A stretch of 64,000 nucleotides of DNA from Acidimicrobiales bacterium (GTDB taxonomy: Bacteria; Actinomycetota; Acidimicrobiia; Acidimicrobiales; Iamiaceae): assembly GCA_025463985.1 (NCBI GenBank), contig JAODBM010000192.1:2201-66200 (forward strand). The letters are read 5' to 3'. Positions 27,288 through 38,284 of the stretch are shown in pieces (position 1 is the stretch's first letter; every line of letters starts with the position of its first letter). Made by a program: the position numbers and the translations under genes. The notes below the pieces were generated by a model that was given only the letters and a program-made list of their open reading frames with translations, did no database searches and was not told the origin of the DNA.

Positions 27288-28336
27288 TGGGCGTCGCTGG
27301 TGTCGACGAGGTGCCGCAGCCGGTGGTCGACCTGGTCGCCCTGCAGCTGTGGATGGACGGTCAGGGCGTCGGGTCCGGGCCGATCAGCGACGCCGAGCTG
27401 TTGGCCGGTGGCACGCAGAACATCCTCCTGCGCTTCCACCGCGGCGGCGACGTCTACGTGCTGCGGCGACCGCCCATCAACAAGCGCGGCAACAGCGACG
27501 AGACGATGCGGCGCGAAGCCCGCGTCCTCGCCGTGCTGGCAGACACGGACGTGCCGCACGCGCGGCTGATCGCGGCCTGTCCCGACGTCGACGTGATCGG
27601 GGCCGCGTTCTACCTGATGGAGTCGGTCGACGGCTTCAACCCGACCGTTGACCGGCCCGAGCCGTTCGGGTCCGACCACTCGATGCAGCACGCGATCGGC
27701 CTGGCCATGGCCGACGCGATCGCCGGCCTCGGGCGCGTCGACCACGTCGCCACCGGGCTCACCGATCTGGGGCGGGGGGCGGGCTGGCTGGAGCGCCAGG
27801 TCGCCCGCTGGCGGTCGCAGCTCGAGTCGTACGCCGAGCTCGATGGCTACGCGGGACCGGAGCTGCCGGGGGTCGACGCCGTCGCCGCCTGGCTGGAGGC
27901 GCATCAGCCCACGGCGTGGACGCCCGGGCTCATCCACGGCGACTTCCACCTGGCGAACGTCCTCGTGCGCCCCGATCCGCTGGCGCTCGCGGCGGTGGTC
28001 GACTGGGAGCTGACGACGATCGCCGACCCACTGCTGGACCTGGGGCACCTCCTGGCCACGTGGCCGGGTTCGAGCCCGGAGTCAGCTGCCGCGGTCGACC
28101 TGCCCGGCCTGCCGACGCGGGCTGAGCTCATCGAGCGCTACGCGGCCGGGTCGACCCGCGACATGACCCACGTCGACTGGTACCAGGTGCTCGCCTGCTA
28201 TCGCCTCGGGATCATCCTCGAGGGTTCGAACGCTCGTGCCGACGCCGGGCTCACGCCGCGGGCCATCGGCGATCAGCTCCACGACGGTGCGATGTCGCTC
28301 TTCACGCAAGCCTGTGCGCTCGTCGGCGCGGCCTGA
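27287..28336 (+). CDS. APH-family phosphotransferase (kinase)
   Basis: ATG 27287 shares one nucleotide (A at 27287) with the SDR TGA stop (27285-27287), inside ORF 26744..28336. Motifs are LIHGDFHLANVLV and VVDWELTTIADPLLDLG. Confidence 0.85.
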   Translation: MGVAGVDEVPQPVVDLVALQLWMDGQGVGSGPISDAELLAGGTQNILLRFHRGGDVYVLRRPPINKRGNSDETMRREARVLAVLADTDVPHARLIAACPDVDVIGAAFYLMESVDGFNPTVDRPEPFGSDHSMQHAIGLAMADAIAGLGRVDHVATGLTDLGRGAGWLERQVARWRSQLESYAELDGYAGPELPGVDAVAAWLEAHQPTAWTPGLIHGDFHLANVLVRPDPLALAAVVDWELTTIADPLLDLGHLLATWPGSSPESAAAVDLPGLPTRAELIERYAAGSTRDMTHVDWYQVLACYRLGIILEGSNARADAGLTPRAIGDQLHDGAMSLFTQACALVGAA

Positions 28337-28430
28337 ACCGCGGGGCGCTTGCAGCGGCTGCTGAATATAATTAGTCTAACTCTTTGGGCGCGACCCTCGG
28401 ACGCCCACGGGTTCAAGGGGAGGAACACAG

Positions 28431-29612
28431 ATGACGGATGTGCTCAACGACACCGGCCTGAAGGTGATCGACGTGGACACGCACGTCGTCGAGCCGTACG
28501 ACCTCTGGACGTCGCGCGTGTCGACGCAGAAGTACGGCGACAAGGTGCCCCACGTCGTGCGCAACGAGGACGGCGTCGACCAGTGGCATGCCGGCGACAT
28601 GATCCTCGGCCCCGCCGCGGGTGCCGCGGCCGCCGGCTGGAGCGAGGCGCCGCCGAACTTCGCGCCGCGCATCGAAGAGGTCGATCCCCGCATCTGGCAG
28701 CCCGAGGGCCGCCTGGAGCTGATGGACGAGTACGGGATCTGGGCCGAGGTGCTCTACCCGAACGTGGCCGGCTTCGGCGCCGGCAAGTACACCGACTTCG
28801 GCGACATGGACCTCGCGCTGCTCCTGCTGCAGGCCTACAACGACTTCCTCAGCGAGTTCGGCGCGGTGGCCCCCGATCGCTACGCGCCGATCATGGCCGT
28901 GCCGTTCTGGGACATCGACATCAGCCTCAAAGAGATGAAGCGCTGCGTCGAGAACGGCCACAAAGGGCTGATCTTCTCGCAGGCCCCCGAGACGTTCGGG
29001 TCGCCACGGCTGAGCGATCAGCACTGGGACCCACTGTGGGCCGCCGCCCAGGAGATGGGCCTGTCGATCAACTTCCACATCGGCAGCGGTGACCTGTCCG
29101 GCATGGAGCTGCTGGTGCCCGAGGCGGGCGCCGCGGCGAACTACGCCTCGTTCCCGGTCACGTTCTTCACCGGCAACTGCCGCACGATCGCCCAGCTGAT
29201 CGGCGGCGGCGTGTGCCACCGGTTCCCGGACCTCAAGTTCGTGTCCGTGGAGAGCGGCGTCGGCTGGGTGCCGTTCGCGCTCGACGCCCTCGACTGGATG
29301 TGGGGCGAGTGCAACGTGCCGGCCGAGCACCCCGAGTACGACCTGCTGCCGAGCGAGTACTTCAAGCGGCAGATCTACGCCTGCTTCTGGTTCGAGCAGG
29401 GTCCCAGCCTGGAGCTGGCCATCGAGCGGCTCGGGGCCGACAACGTCCTCTACGAGACCGACTTCCCGCACCCGACCAGCATGTCGCCCGGGCCCGCCAG
29501 CGCCGGCGGCATGAAGGCCAAGGACTTCATCAGCGAGCGGCTCTCCAACCTCAAGCCCGAAGTCCTGCAGAAGGTGCTGCACGACAACGCCGCCCAGCTC
29601 TACGGCCTCTAG
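28431..29612 (+). CDS. Amidohydrolase-2 family protein (ACMSD/LigW-type metal-dependent hydrolase or decarboxylase)
   Basis: 393-aa ORF with motifs VIDVDTHVVEP and LYETDFPHPTS. It is a paralogue of 59543..60721, roughly 70 percent identical by eye. Confidence 0.85.
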   Translation: MTDVLNDTGLKVIDVDTHVVEPYDLWTSRVSTQKYGDKVPHVVRNEDGVDQWHAGDMILGPAAGAAAAGWSEAPPNFAPRIEEVDPRIWQPEGRLELMDEYGIWAEVLYPNVAGFGAGKYTDFGDMDLALLLLQAYNDFLSEFGAVAPDRYAPIMAVPFWDIDISLKEMKRCVENGHKGLIFSQAPETFGSPRLSDQHWDPLWAAAQEMGLSINFHIGSGDLSGMELLVPEAGAAANYASFPVTFFTGNCRTIAQLIGGGVCHRFPDLKFVSVESGVGWVPFALDALDWMWGECNVPAEHPEYDLLPSEYFKRQIYACFWFEQGPSLELAIERLGADNVLYETDFPHPTSMSPGPASAGGMKAKDFISERLSNLKPEVLQKVLHDNAAQLYGL

Positions 29613-29624
29613 ATCGGACTGAAC

Positions 29625-30920
29625 ATGTGGGGATTCGAGACTGAGCCGGAGTTCCAAGAGAAGCTGGACTGGATCAATGGGTTCGTCCGGGAGGAGGTCG
29701 AGCCCCTCGACCTCGTCCTGGGCGATCCGTACGACAAGGCCGACCAGGTCGCGATGTCGGTCGTCCGGCCGCTACGCCAGCAGGTGAAGGACCAGGGCCT
29801 GTGGGCCGCCCACCTCGGCCCCGAGCTCGGCGGCCAGGGCTACGGCCAGGTGAAGCTGGCGCTGATGAACGAGATCGTCGGCCGGTCCCGGTGGGCGCCC
29901 TCGATCTTCGGGTCCCAGCCGCCCGACTCGGGCAACGCCGAGATCCTGGCGCACTACGGCACCGAGGACCAGAAGGCCAAGTACCTCCAGCCGCTCCTCG
30001 ATGGCGAGATCACCTCGTGCTACTCGATGACCGAGCCGCACGCGGGTGCCGACCCCACGCTGTTCACGACCCAAGCGGTGCAGGACGGCGACGAGTGGGT
30101 GATCACCGGCGAGAAGTGGTTCTCCTCGGCGGCCCGCTACGCGAGCTTCCTCATCGTGATGGTGGTGACCAACCCCGACGTGAGCGCGTACAACGGGATG
30201 AGCATGTTCATCGTCCCGGCCGACACGCCCGGCGTGAACATCGTGCGCAACGTCGGGCTCGGCGGTGAGCCCGAGGGCGAGGGCATGCACGCCTACATCC
30301 GCTACGAGGGCGTGCGGGTGCCGGCCGACCACCTGCTCGGCGGCGAGGGCAACGCGTTCGTCATCGCGCAGACCCGCCTCGGCGGTGGCCGGATCCACCA
30401 CGCCATGCGCACCATCGCCATGGCCCGCCATGCGCTGGACATGATGTGCGAGCGGGCGCTCTCGCGGCAGACCCGCAACGGGCCGCTCGCGAGCCTCGGC
30501 GTCGTGCAGGACCAGCTGGCCGACAGCTGGATCGAGATCGAGCAGTTCCGCCTGCTCGTGCTCCGGTCGGCATGGCTGATCGACAAGCACAACGACTACA
30601 AGCGGGTGCGCAAGGACATCGCCGCGGTGAAGGTGGCGATGCCGAAGGTCCTGCACGACGTCGTGCAGCGGGCCATGCACCTCCACGGCGCGCTCGGCGT
30701 GAGCGACGAGATGCCGTTCTTCCACATGCTGATCGGGGCCGAGGCCCTCGCGCTCGCCGACGGTCCCACCGAGGTCCACAAGATCACGGTGGCGCGCGAG
30801 CTGCTCAAGGAGCACAGCCCGGTCGAGACGCTGTTCCCGAGCGGTCACCTCCCGACGCGGCGCGCCGCCGCCCAGTCGAAGCTGGCCGCCGCGCTCGAGC
30901 TGGCGATCGCCGAGACCTGA
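29625..30920 (+). CDS. Acyl-CoA dehydrogenase (ACAD10/11 / FadE2-like type)
   Basis: 431-aa ORF with motifs SMTEPHAGADP, GEKWFSSAA and LADGPTEVHKITVAREL. Confidence 0.9.
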   Translation: MWGFETEPEFQEKLDWINGFVREEVEPLDLVLGDPYDKADQVAMSVVRPLRQQVKDQGLWAAHLGPELGGQGYGQVKLALMNEIVGRSRWAPSIFGSQPPDSGNAEILAHYGTEDQKAKYLQPLLDGEITSCYSMTEPHAGADPTLFTTQAVQDGDEWVITGEKWFSSAARYASFLIVMVVTNPDVSAYNGMSMFIVPADTPGVNIVRNVGLGGEPEGEGMHAYIRYEGVRVPADHLLGGEGNAFVIAQTRLGGGRIHHAMRTIAMARHALDMMCERALSRQTRNGPLASLGVVQDQLADSWIEIEQFRLLVLRSAWLIDKHNDYKRVRKDIAAVKVAMPKVLHDVVQRAMHLHGALGVSDEMPFFHMLIGAEALALADGPTEVHKITVARELLKEHSPVETLFPSGHLPTRRAAAQSKLAAALELAIAET

Positions 30921-30997
30921 AGGGCCGGGCGCGGTCCCGGCAAGTGGTGTAATTGTCTACTGATACGGTGCGCTCAGGCGCACGGGGGGAGTCAAGG

Positions 30998-32206
30998 GTG
31001 AGCACGACGCCAACGATCGACCTGCTGTCGGCGGCCACGTTCGCGAACGGGCATCCGCACGAGCTCTTCGCGTGGCTACGGGCCAACGACCCCGTCCACT
31101 GGCATCCCGAGCCGGAGCGGTCCGGCTATTGGGCGGTCATGAAGCACGCCGACGTGCGCTTCGTCAACATCCGCCACGACCTGTTCTCGCACGCGCCCTC
31201 CTCGATGTTGGAGGACGACGGCGAGTACATGGAGGGGTCGCCGATGGTCACCGTCGACCCGCCGGTGCACACGCCGATCCGCAAGACCGCCATCGCCGAG
31301 TTCCTCCCGAAGGCCGTCCGCGAACGGATGGGCGCGTTGCAGGAGATCGCCGGCGTGATCGTCGACGAGGTGATCGAGGCCGGCTCGTGCGACCTCGTGC
31401 ACGACCTGGCCGGCAAGATGGCCTCCGACGTCACGGCCAACCTGCTCGAGATCCCGCGTGAGGACGCCGCTGCGCTCTACGAGGACATCGAGATCACGCT
31501 GGCCGGCCTGGACGTCCATGGGATGGACGAGGTCATGGCTTCGGTGGGCCGCATGGACGACTACGGCCGGCAGGTCATGGTCGAGCGGCGGGCCAACCCT
31601 CGTGGCGATCTGCTGAGCCGCCTCGCGACCGAGGAGATCGCCGGCGCGCGCTTGAGCGACGCAGACTTCCTCGCCAACTTCATGCTCATGGTGGCCGGCG
31701 CCGGCGACACCACGCGCCACCTGATCGCCGGCGGGATGCTCGCGCTGTTCGAGAACCCCGACCAGCGGGAGATCCTCATGGCCGACCTGGACGGCGTGAT
31801 GCCGACCGCGGTCGAGGAGATGCTCCGCTGGGTCACGCCGGTCGTCTACAACCGCCGCATGGCCAAGGTCGATTGCGTCATCGGCGAGACGCCGATCAAG
31901 GCGGGCGACAAGCTCGCCGTCTACTACGCCTCGGCCAACCGGGACGAAGACGTGTTCGCCGAGCCCACCCGGTTCGACGTCCGCCGCAGCCCCAATCCGC
32001 AGCTGGCGTTCAGCGGTGTGGGCGCCCATTTCTGCCTTGGCGCCCACCTGGCCCGTGCCGAGGCCACCGCGATGCTGCGCGAGATCCTCACGCGGATGCC
32101 CGACCTCAAGCAGACCGAACCCGTCGAGATCGATCCGTCGACGTTCGTGTCCGGCCCGAAGCACCTCATGGTGAGCTTCGCGCCGGGCCCAAAGCGCGTT
32201 TCCTAA
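30998..32206 (+). CDS. Cytochrome P450, paralogue of 14916..16103
   Basis: GTG 30998 follows GGGGGGA and aligns with the N-terminus of the paralogue (VSTTPTIDLLSAATF versus MSTTESPKIDFLSGDTF). Motifs are VAGAGDTTRH, EEMLRW and FSGVGAHFCLGAHLARAE. Confidence 0.9.
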   Translation: MSTTPTIDLLSAATFANGHPHELFAWLRANDPVHWHPEPERSGYWAVMKHADVRFVNIRHDLFSHAPSSMLEDDGEYMEGSPMVTVDPPVHTPIRKTAIAEFLPKAVRERMGALQEIAGVIVDEVIEAGSCDLVHDLAGKMASDVTANLLEIPREDAAALYEDIEITLAGLDVHGMDEVMASVGRMDDYGRQVMVERRANPRGDLLSRLATEEIAGARLSDADFLANFMLMVAGAGDTTRHLIAGGMLALFENPDQREILMADLDGVMPTAVEEMLRWVTPVVYNRRMAKVDCVIGETPIKAGDKLAVYYASANRDEDVFAEPTRFDVRRSPNPQLAFSGVGAHFCLGAHLARAEATAMLREILTRMPDLKQTEPVEIDPSTFVSGPKHLMVSFAPGPKRVS

Positions 32207-32223
32207 CCGTCACGCCACGGCTC

Positions 32224-32252
32224 TTGACGCTGTCGTGGCATCAGCCTACGCT
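32224..32252 (+). promoter_or_regulatory. Putative promoter: -35 TTGACG, 17-nt spacer, -10 TACGCT
   Basis: TTGACG is at 32224-32229 and TACGCT (TANNNT) at 32247-32252, in the 130-bp gap upstream of the LLM/ABC-transporter operon. Confidence 0.45.
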
Positions 32253-32336
32253 CGATTAAACCGTAAGCTCTTTATGCTTATCTAACGGACTTTCTCAGGG
32301 GGAGATGGTGGAGTTCACGATCGGAGATAGTCGCGC

Positions 32337-33239
32337 GTGAAGGCCTCCTTCTTTCCGGGACGGTGGCACGAGCTGCCGAGCGGCGACCTTGCCGATTGCG
32401 TGGACGTGGGCCGCATGGTCGAGGACGCCGGCCTCTACGGCATCCAGATGGGCGACCACGTGGTCATGGGCAACCGCCCGGACCGCTACCCCTATGGCCA
32501 GTTCCGCCACGAGCTCGAATGCCCGTGGCCCGAACCGATCGCGACCCTGAGCGCGATCGCGGCCGTCACGTCCACGATCCGCCTCTCGATGAGCGTGATC
32601 CTCACGCCGCTGCGGCCGGCGATCCTTCTTGCCAAGCAGCTGGCGACCCTGGACGTCCTGTCGCGTGGGCGCCTGGAGCCCGGCATCGGGCTCGGCTGGC
32701 AGCGCGAGGAGTACGAGGCCGAGGGCCTCGAATGGCGCGACCGCCATCAGCTCTTCGAGGACGGCATCGCCGTGTGCCGCGCCCTTTGGGAGGAGGAGCA
32801 GCCGGTCTCCTTCAAGGGCGAGACCGTCAGCTTCGCCGACCTCTATGCGCTCCCGCGCCCCGTGCAATCGCGGATCCCGATCCTCTTCGGCGTGGTGCTC
32901 AACGAGCGCAACATCGAGCTCATCACCCGCCTCGGCGATGGCTGGACGCCGGTCGCCGGCGGCGAGGAGCTGCGGGCCGGCCGGCAGCAGCTGCAGGACG
33001 CGTTCACGGCTGCGGGCCGTGATCCCGACGAGCTGATCGTGCGCGGCGGCGTGCAGTTCGGCTTCGACGATCACGGCCGGCTCGACATCGCTCGGGCGGT
33101 GGACGAGGCCCGTGAGCTGGAAGCGATCGGCTCGGACGTCGTCACGCTCGGCCTGCCGGTCGGCTTCGGCCGCGCCTTCGAGACCATGGCCGACCTCGGC
33201 ACGTTCATCGCTGAAGTCGGTCGTCAGGTGGCCGAATGA
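32337..33239 (+). CDS. Luciferase-like monooxygenase (LLM) family oxidoreductase, F420/FMN-dependent class
   Basis: GTG start. Motifs are LDVLSRGRLEPGIGLGWQREEYEAEG and RHQLFEDGIAVCRALW. Confidence 0.85.
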   Translation: MKASFFPGRWHELPSGDLADCVDVGRMVEDAGLYGIQMGDHVVMGNRPDRYPYGQFRHELECPWPEPIATLSAIAAVTSTIRLSMSVILTPLRPAILLAKQLATLDVLSRGRLEPGIGLGWQREEYEAEGLEWRDRHQLFEDGIAVCRALWEEEQPVSFKGETVSFADLYALPRPVQSRIPILFGVVLNERNIELITRLGDGWTPVAGGEELRAGRQQLQDAFTAAGRDPDELIVRGGVQFGFDDHGRLDIARAVDEARELEAIGSDVVTLGLPVGFGRAFETMADLGTFIAEVGRQVAE

Positions 33240-33339
33240 CGGCGGCCGCCATCGCGCTTCACCCCTCCGCGCACACCTGCGCGGGACGGGGTGCAAGGCA
33301 TCACATCGACAGCACATCGCGTGCTGCGGAGGGAAAGGG

Positions 33340-34641
33340 ATGAGTGACATGGCAGACAACGTGGAACAGGCGTCGAGGCGCCGGCGACGAGGGAGGGGAA
33401 CGATCCTCTTGTCGGTCGGGCTGACGGCGAGCATGTTCGTTGCCGCGTGTGGGTCCAGTTCGAAGTCCTCCACGACCACAGCACCGCCCACGAGCACGGG
33501 CCCCGCGGTCAGCGGCACCCCGATCAAGATCGGGCAGATCGCCGCGGGCGACGTCACGTACCAGCCCAAGTCGAGCACCGCCAAGGACGTGCTCGACATG
33601 TGGGTCAAGTGGACGAACAATCACGGCGGTGTCGCAGGACACCCCGTGGAGGTCGTCTCGCGCGACGAGAAGGGCGATCCCGCGGTCGGGCTCTCGGCCG
33701 CGAAGGAGCTGCTCCAGCAGGAGAAGGTCGTCGCGCTCGTCGGCAACAACGCCACCTCGGCTGAGCAGGCGATCCAGCCGGTCATCGAGGCCGCGAAGGT
33801 TCCCGTGGTCGGTGGTGTCGCCTATGGCGCGGCGTACCTGACCTCGAAGGCCTTCTATCCGGTCGGCCCGCAGATCACGACGCAGATCTTTGGCGCCCTC
33901 TACGCCGTGAAGAACAAGGTCAACGTGAGCGCGGCCGCCGTGCTCATCTGCAACGAGTCGGCCATCTGCGACGGCGCCATCCCGCTGTACCAGAAGTTCG
34001 CCCCGACGCTCGGGATGACCATCGGTCCGATCGTCAAGGCCGCGGTCACCCAGCCCAACTACACCGCCGAATGCCTGTCCATCAAGGACAAGGGCGTGAA
34101 GGCGATCATCGTGGCTGGCCCGCCGTTGGAGAAGGTCGCTTCGGACTGCAAGCGCCAGGGCTTCGAGCCCCGGATCCTGACCAATGACCTGTTCGGTGTC
34201 ACGCCCGCCGTGGCCAAGAACGTGAACCTGGTCAGCATCATCTCGGGCTTCCCGGTGTTCCAGCAGTTCCCGGAGACCAAGGCGTTCTTCGATGCGCTGA
34301 AGCAGTACCACCCGGAGTACCTCGAGGGCGGCGACAAGTACGACTCGTTCGTCTCCGGCGGAACGGGTGGCTCGATCGGCTCGCTGACGTGGGCCGCCGC
34401 TGAGGCGTTCAAGAAGGCCGTCGAGAACTCCGGTGCCGCGCCGACCGCGACCGTCACCAGCGCCGACGTGATCAAGGGCCTCTCGATGTTCAAGGGCGAG
34501 ACCCTTGGCGGCATCGCCCAGCCCCTCACCTACGGCGACGGCACCACGCCGCAGCCGCAGCAGAAGTGCTTCTTCCTGGCCTCGACCGAGACCGGGAAGA
34601 TCACCGCCCCCGACGGCCTGAAGCCGTCCTGCATGCCGTAA
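33340..34641 (+). CDS. ABC transporter substrate-binding lipoprotein (LivK / Peripla_BP_6 type)
   Basis: ATG 33340 follows GGAGGGAAAGGG inside ORF 33112..34641. The N-terminus has RRRRRGRG, a hydrophobic stretch and the lipobox FVAACG. The body is typical of branched-chain-amino-acid-type binding proteins. Confidence 0.8.
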   Translation: MSDMADNVEQASRRRRRGRGTILLSVGLTASMFVAACGSSSKSSTTTAPPTSTGPAVSGTPIKIGQIAAGDVTYQPKSSTAKDVLDMWVKWTNNHGGVAGHPVEVVSRDEKGDPAVGLSAAKELLQQEKVVALVGNNATSAEQAIQPVIEAAKVPVVGGVAYGAAYLTSKAFYPVGPQITTQIFGALYAVKNKVNVSAAAVLICNESAICDGAIPLYQKFAPTLGMTIGPIVKAAVTQPNYTAECLSIKDKGVKAIIVAGPPLEKVASDCKRQGFEPRILTNDLFGVTPAVAKNVNLVSIISGFPVFQQFPETKAFFDALKQYHPEYLEGGDKYDSFVSGGTGGSIGSLTWAAAEAFKKAVENSGAAPTATVTSADVIKGLSMFKGETLGGIAQPLTYGDGTTPQPQQKCFFLASTETGKITAPDGLKPSCMP

Positions 34642-34642
34642 T

Positions 34643-34687
34643 CAGCTCGTCGGGGTGGGGGCGTGGCGGCGCCCCCACCCCGAGCTG
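34643..34687 (+). terminator. Strong GC-rich intercistronic stem-loop (about 18 bp stem) directly after the binding-protein gene
   Basis: CAGCTC(GTC)GGGGTGGGGGCG at 34643-34663 pairs with CGCCCCCACCCCGAGCTG at 34670-34687 around a 6-nt loop. No U-tract follows. The role could be partial termination or an mRNA-stabilising structure. Confidence 0.5.
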
Positions 34688-34724
34688 ATCGGCAGACCGT
34701 TCGACCCGAGGGAACTCACCTCCA

Positions 34725-37506
34725 ATGCACAGCCTCTTGCCCTTCCTCATCACCGGCATCACGATCGGCGCCGTCTACGGCCTGGCCGCGACCGGGCTCG
34801 TCCTGACCTACAAGACCTCGGGCATCTTCAACTTCGCCCACGGGTCGGTCGCGAGCCTCGCGGTCTTCGCGTTCTACGAGCTGCGCATCAAGCAGGGGCT
34901 TCCATGGCCGCTTGCGGCATTCATCGCGGTGTTCGTGCTCGGGCCGATCGGGGGCTTGCTGCTTGAACGCATGGCCCGGCTCTTGGCCGACGTCGGCCAC
35001 GTGCTGAAGATCACCGCGACGGTCGGCCTCATCCTCGTGGTGATCGCCTTCGGCAACATCTACTACGGCGACGTCACCGAGCTGTTCCCGACCTACCTCC
35101 CGATCAAGACGGTCAAGTTCGCCGGCGTCTTCATCGGCTACGACCAGATCATCATCTTCGTGATCGCCGTCACCTGCACGACGGCGCTCGCCATCTTCTT
35201 CAAGCGGGCCCCCCTCGGGGTCAAGATGCGCGGCGTCGTCGACGACGCCGCCTTGCTCTCCATGACCGGCACGAGCCCGGCCCGGGTTCGGCAGTACGCC
35301 TGGATGATCGGCTCGACGTTCGCCTGCCTCTCCGGCGTGCTGCTCGCGCCGACGCTCAACATCAACGGCACCGTGCTCACGCTCCTCGTGGTGCAAGCGT
35401 TCGGTGCGGCCGCGATCGGCTTCTTCTCCAGCCTGCCGCGCACGTTCGTCGGCGGCCTGATCATCGGCGTTGGCGGCGCGCTCGCCACCAAGTACTCGAT
35501 CAACTACTCGATCCTGGCCGACCTGCCAATCGGCCTGCCGTTCCTCATCCTCTTCGTGGTCCTGATCTTCACGCCGCGGTCGAAGCTGATCGACCGGCGG
35601 TTCTCGGCCCCACGATCGCTCACGCCTGAGTGGCATGCGCCCAACCGGGTGCGGATGCTCGTCGGCGTGGCGGCCGTCGTCGTCCTCGGCTTCGTCCCGC
35701 AGTTCGCCTCGAACAAGCTCCCGATCTACACGATCGGCGTCATCACGATGATCCTCTTCCTGTCGCTGGGCGTCCTCGTCCGGGCGTCGGGGCAGGTCTC
35801 GCTGTGCCAGTACGGCTTCGCGGCGGTCGGCGCCGCGGCCATGGCCCACTTCAGCCAGGGCGCGCACCTTCCCTGGCTCCTCGCGTTGGTCCTCGCCGCT
35901 CTGGTGATGATCCCGGTCGGCGCCCTCGTCGCCATCCCGGCCGTGCGGCTCTCGGGCGTGTTCCTCGCGCTGGCCACGTTCGGCTTCGGCGTGCTCCTGC
36001 AGTCGGTGTTCTACGGCCGCAAGTTCATGTTCGGCTCGGGCTTCAACGGCCTGCCGGCGCGCCGGCCGCACATGTCGGTGTTCGGCCTCGACCTCAACTC
36101 GGACAACGGCTTCTACTACGTGTGCCTCGCCGTCGCCGTGGTGCTCGCCGTGGTCGTGGTCCTCTTGCTGAACGGGCGCCTGGGCCGGCTGCTCCGCGCC
36201 CTCTCCGACTCGCCGGTCGCGTTGGAGACCTACGGCTCGGCCGTGACCGTGCTGCGGGTGCTCACGTTCTGCCTGTCGGCCATGCTCGCCGGCATCGCCG
36301 GGGCGCTCACCGTGAGCCTCTACAGCTTCGGCACCGGCAGCACGTTCCCGGCCTTCAACTCGCTGACGCTGGTCGCGCTCATCACGATCATCCCGATCGG
36401 GCTCCCGTGGTACGCCGTCGTCGGCGCCGCGAGCATGACGATCGTCCCGTCGTACATCAGCGGCGGCAACGTGACGCACTACCTGAACCTCCTCTTCGGG
36501 CTCTCGGCGATCCTGGCGCCGCTCACGATCGGGCGGCACAAGGGTGCGCCCGAGCCGATCCGCCGCCTGGCGGCTCGCCTCGACCAGCTGCTGCCCGGGC
36601 GACGGATGGCGCCTGCGCTGGCCGGCGCCGGGGCGATCGACGTCCACGCCGCGACCGGCCGCGGCGAGCTCGGCACGGACCGCAGCGGCTTGGAGGTCCA
36701 CGGCCTGCGCGTGCAGTACGGCGGCGCGGTCGCGGTCACGAGCCTCGACCTGGTCGCCCCGCGTGGCGCGATCACCGGCCTGATCGGTCCCAACGGCGCC
36801 GGCAAGACGACGACGTTCAACGTGTGCTCGGGCCTCGTGCGCCCGACGGCTGGCGCGGTGATCCTCCACGGCAACGACATCTCCGGCCAGGGGGTCGCCA
36901 CCCGTGCACGCGACGGCATCGGCCGGACGTTCCAGCGGGTCGAGCTGTTCGAGAGCCTGTCCGTGCGCGAGAACATCGCGCTCGGGCGCGAGGCCGGGAT
37001 GGCCGGCAACAGCGTGGTGCGCCAGATCGTGGCCCGGGCGCACGAGCGACGGACCGTCGATGAGGCCGTGACCGTCGCCGCCGAGCTGACCGGCATCACC
37101 GGCCTGCTCGACGTGCGGGCTCGCGACCTCAGCACCGGCCAGCGCCGGCTGCTGGAGCTGGCCCGTGCACTGGCCGGACCGTTCGACATGCTGCTGCTCG
37201 ACGAGCCGTCGTCGGGCCTCGATCACTCGGAGACGAGGCGCTTCGGCGAGATCCTCCAGCGCGCCGTGGAGCAGCTCGACGTCGGCGTGCTGATCGTCGA
37301 GCACGACATGGCGCTGGTGCAGCAGATCTGCAACCACGTCTACGTGCTCGACTTCGGCCAGCTCATCTTCGAGGGCTCGACGCCCGAGATGCTGGCGAGC
37401 GACGTCGTGCGGGCCGCCTACCTGGGCACCGACTCGGCGGCGCTGCCACCACCAGTCGAGCTGGACGACGTCCCCGATGCCCCCCTGACCGTCGGGGTTC
37501 CGACCG

Positions 37507-37514
<8 letters not shown>
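34725..37514 (+). CDS. Fused ABC transporter protein: LivH-type permease + LivM-type permease + LivG-type ATPase in one 929-aa polypeptide
   Basis: Single uninterrupted ORF. The N-terminus is LTYKTSGIFNFAHG (LivH-like). The middle is SGQVSLCQYGFAAVGA (LivM-like). The C-terminus has Walker A GPNGAGKTTTFN, signature LSTGQRRLLELARAL and Walker B LLLDEPSSGLD. Confidence 0.85.
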
Positions 37515-38265
<751 letters not shown>

Positions 38266-38284
38266 CCCACCCCACCACCCGAAC

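Noticed and set aside
32305-33239. The LLM gene at 32337 could be a frameshifted pseudogene whose true start is the ATG at 32305.
   Set aside because: The product from GTG 32337 already begins with the LLM-typical first beta-strand (KASFFPG), and the frame is intact for 300 aa. The 11-codon ORF is better treated as a possible uORF.
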